Below, piece after piece: positions 59,109 to 64,000 of a stretch of 64,000 nt of DNA. Origin of the DNA: an uncultured Candidatus Saccharibacteria bacterium (GTDB lineage: Bacteria; Patescibacteriota; Saccharimonadia; CAILAD01; JADZBC01); NCBI GenBank assembly GCA_964496815.1, contig CAZCAO010000002.1, positions 6,265-70,264 on the forward strand, given 5' to 3'. The translations under genes were made by a program, and so were the position numbers. Under the pieces are notes generated by a model, which worked only from the letters and a program-made list of their open reading frames with translations, ran no database searches and was not told the DNA's origin. Each line of letters starts with the position of its first letter. Position 1 is the stretch's first letter.

Positions 59109-59151
59109 ATCAACATTCCGAACGTTCCAAACTAGGAAGGAGGTGGTCCAG

Positions 59152-59466
59152 ATGGCCACCATCGATATGTCCCGGCTCGAGAAGGGCGATTGCCTTATCG
59201 TGAAGACAGTCACGGCCATCGGCCGTGGAGAAACCCGTCGCGATGTGTTCACCATCGGCGTCCATGATGTCATCGAACGACGGGTAAATGATCGTGAAGT
59301 CCGCATCCTCAAGCTGATGGTCGGCTGCACCTGGAACCCGACGACACCCACATGGGACGAATTCCTGGCCGAAGGTGTCCTCGAAGAGGGCAAGGGGATG
59401 CCCTGGTGGCACCACTTCAAGGCAACGCGAGCCGAACTGAACGGCGAGGTCGTCTTCGGAGACTGA
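59152..59466 (+). CDS. hypothetical protein E (104 aa), no recognised family
   Basis: The ATG lies about 10 nt after AGGAAGGAGG, and the frame is GC3-rich. Confidence 0.65.
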   Translation: MATIDMSRLEKGDCLIVKTVTAIGRGETRRDVFTIGVHDVIERRVNDREVRILKLMVGCTWNPTTPTWDEFLAEGVLEEGKGMPWWHHFKATRAELNGEVVFGD

Positions 59467-59489
59467 AGAGCCAACAAGCCCAGACCCAC

Positions 59490-59547
59490 AGAAAGAGCAC
59501 CGCAGAGGATTCACTCCCTGCCCGACTCCTTCTGCGGGTCTCTTTCT
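59490..59547 (+). terminator. long imperfect hairpin with U-run after E, abutting the ligA stop
   Basis: AGAAAGAG...CCGCAGAGG pairs with CCTTCTGCGG...CTCTTTCT, followed by TTTTATT. Confidence 0.55.
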
Positions 59548-59548
59548 T

Positions 59549-62275
<2,727 letters not shown>

Positions 62276-62279
<4 letters not shown>

Positions 62280-63181
62280 ACCCTCACCTCCATTTCACGT
62301 AATTTTCGTACTCGCTCGGCAGTTGGTGGATGTGTACTAAATAAACCAGCAAACCAACTACGGCCGCCTTTAATGTTCGATCTCAGTGGATTAATAATAT
62401 AAAGATTAGCCGTTGCCTTGTTGGCCTCTTCTAGCGGCTCTGTGTCAGCTTCGATCTTTTCTAGCGCCCTGGCTAAGCCTTCCGGATAACGCGTCAAAAG
62501 CGCTCCCGAAGCATCGGCCAGGTATTCTCGTTTTCGACTAACCGCTAGCTGCAACATCGAGCCAATTATAGGTGCGAGGATAGCCAAAAACACCCCTGCC
62601 GCAAGCATAACAAGCTGGAACTGACTGTTGCCACTATCGTTATCATCACGACCCCACAGAGTCATGCGTAAGAACCAGTCGCTTAATAAAGCTACGACCG
62701 ATACTAGCACTACCACCAGGCTCATCAGACGTATATCATAATTGCCCACATGACTTAGTTCATGGGCAATTACGCCTTCTAGCTCAACCTTATCGAGTTT
62801 ATCGACGATCCCCGTAGTAACAGCTACTATGGCGTGCTCAGGGTCTCTGCCGGTCGCAAAAGCGTTTGGAGCAGCATCTTGTATTACATAAACCTTCGGC
62901 ATGGGTAGGCCGGCAGTAATTGCTAGATTCTCCACAATCCGGTAGAGCTGCGGGGCGTCCTTCTTTTTGATCTCCTTAGCGCCCGAAACGGCCAAAATCA
63001 TCTTGTCAGAATAAAAGTAGCTTATGAATGTATAGCCAAGTGAAAAAATTAATGCGCCATACAGGAACCAACTTTCGCCAAATGCCTGCGCAAACACCCA
63101 GCCCAAAATGGTGATAAGTACAACAAAGCAGCCAACTAGCAGCCATGAATTACGTTTGTTCTTGGATATTGAGCTATACAT
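62276..63181 (-). CDS. htpX: zinc metalloprotease HtpX (M48)
   Basis: HELSHV motif. The start is trimmed out of the lemA terminator hairpin; the alternative GTG at 63211 is not excluded. Confidence 0.85.
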
Positions 63182-63199
63182 AACTCCTACTATTATACC

Positions 63200-63227
63200 A
63201 AAAGAGCCCACTTAAGTGGGCTCTTTT
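63200..63227 (-). terminator. terminator after lemA
   Basis: AAAAGAGCCCAC-ttaa-GTGGGCTCTTTT. Confidence 0.65.
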
Positions 63228-63240
63228 CAGGTAGGAATGC

Positions 63241-63810
63241 CTAGAACTTTACGTCGACTGGCTTGTCGACTTTTACTTTCTCGTCAGCTTCAACGTCAAA
63301 GAATTCGCGGGATTTAAAGCCGAGGGAACTCCCGATCAAGTTAGTCGGAAACACCTGAAGCTTCGTGTTGAGATCGCGCACATTGCCGTTATAGAAGCGG
63401 CGCGATGCCTGAATCTTATCTTCGGTATCTACTAGCTCTTCTTGTAGCTGTTGAAAGTTCTGGTTACTCTTGAGGTCTGGGTAGCTTTCGCTGACTGCAA
63501 ACAGACTCTTGAGAGTGCTGCTTAACGCGTTGTCTGCCTTAGCCATTGCTGCCGCATCACCTTCTGGTGCGTTCATTGCAGCAGTACGAGCCTTGGTAAC
63601 TTCTTCTAGCACAGACTTTTCTTGTTTAGCGTAGCCTTTAACTGTTTCGATTAGGTTCGGTATCAAGTCCAAACGGCGCTTCATTTGTACCGTAATATCA
63701 CTAAATGCCTCGTCAGTTCGCAGCTTGGCTTTTACGAGCCCGTTATATGTAGCCCACAGCCAAATAGCAATCACCACTACTACGAGCAGAATTATTAATC
63801 CAATGTTCAT
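63241..63810 (-). CDS. lemA: LemA family protein
   Basis: An N-terminal TM segment plus a LemA sequence (YNGLV...RRFYNGNVRDLN). Confidence 0.88.
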   Translation of the reverse strand: MNIGLIILLVVVVIAIWLWATYNGLVKAKLRTDEAFSDITVQMKRRLDLIPNLIETVKGYAKQEKSVLEEVTKARTAAMNAPEGDAAAMAKADNALSSTLKSLFAVSESYPDLKSNQNFQQLQEELVDTEDKIQASRRFYNGNVRDLNTKLQVFPTNLIGSSLGFKSREFFDVEADEKVKVDKPVDVKF

Positions 63811-63871
63811 CAGTTACTCCATTCTTATCAATGCTTATTATACTACCATTACTAACGCAAGAACATGTCAT

Positions 63872-64000
63872 CTAGAGACGGTTGGGATCGACTAATTCGT
63901 AAACGTCATAAGCAACTTCTTCGTACGGATGGACTGCCTTCATTGCAGTAAGAACACTCTTCGCCACTTCACGATCGCAGGTTACCTCAATCCGCTCTTC
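63872..64000 (-). CDS. NIF3-family (YqfO/YbgI-like) protein, C-terminal 42 codons only
   Basis: Hand translation: ...KAVHPYEEVAYDVYELVDPNRL*, which matches the NIF3 C-terminal HPYEEPAYD pattern. The gene continues beyond the window end. Confidence 0.6.
   Translation of the reverse strand, partial: EERIEVTCDREVAKSVLTAMKAVHPYEEVAYDVYELVDPNRL

Larger units (their letters stand above)
59075..59548 (+). other. foreign-looking insert E between gatC and ligA
   Basis: It has TTGACA, a strong SD, a GC3-rich ORF and a U-run hairpin, all on the strand opposite its neighbours. Confidence 0.6.

Overview
The window is almost entirely core information-processing genes on the minus strand. They include the spc/S10 ribosomal-protein cluster (rpsM, rpmJ, infA, secY ... 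rplC), rpsJ, tuf, fusA, rpsG-rpsL and rpoC-rpoB. Further along are clpP-tig, tRNA-Leu(UAG), rsmD, recG, tyrS, radA, clpC, nusA, rnhB, rplS, dnaE, gatCAB, ligA, htpX and lemA. One native gene is on the plus strand, a class A PBP. There is no room for rpmD (L30) between rpsE and rplO, and secY abuts infA with no adk or map. Ribosomal proteins carry tail extensions and genes overlap tightly. Together these suggest a reduced Patescibacteria/CPR-type genome, possibly Saccharimonadia-like; this is inference, not proof. I found no rRNA, CRISPR array, transposase or integrase. The unusual signal is a set of five short, compositionally foreign inserts in intergenic gaps between core operons, at about 11.1-13.3 kb, 15.0-15.5 kb, 20.7-21.6 kb, 53.7-54.3 kb and 59.1-59.5 kb. 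Most of these units have a promoter-like -35/-10 pair, a Shine-Dalgarno site, a GC3-rich ORF (tdk, otherwise no family I recognise) and a GC-rich hairpin terminator (insert B is weaker on all counts), and six of the eight inserted ORFs lie on the strand opposite their neighbours. The largest insert separates rpsJ from rplC. It also carries a non-coding block of about 0.5 kb at about 75% G+C, packed with hairpins whose C(UNCG)G tetraloops appear only on the minus strand; I treat this as an unclassified structured RNA candidate. Secondary oddities are a membrane-anchored HEPN-motif protein nested inside gatCAB and a membrane-anchored Clp-like double AAA+ ATPase coupled to a small membrane protein. 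All functional calls rest on reading the translated ORFs by eye. No database search was possible.
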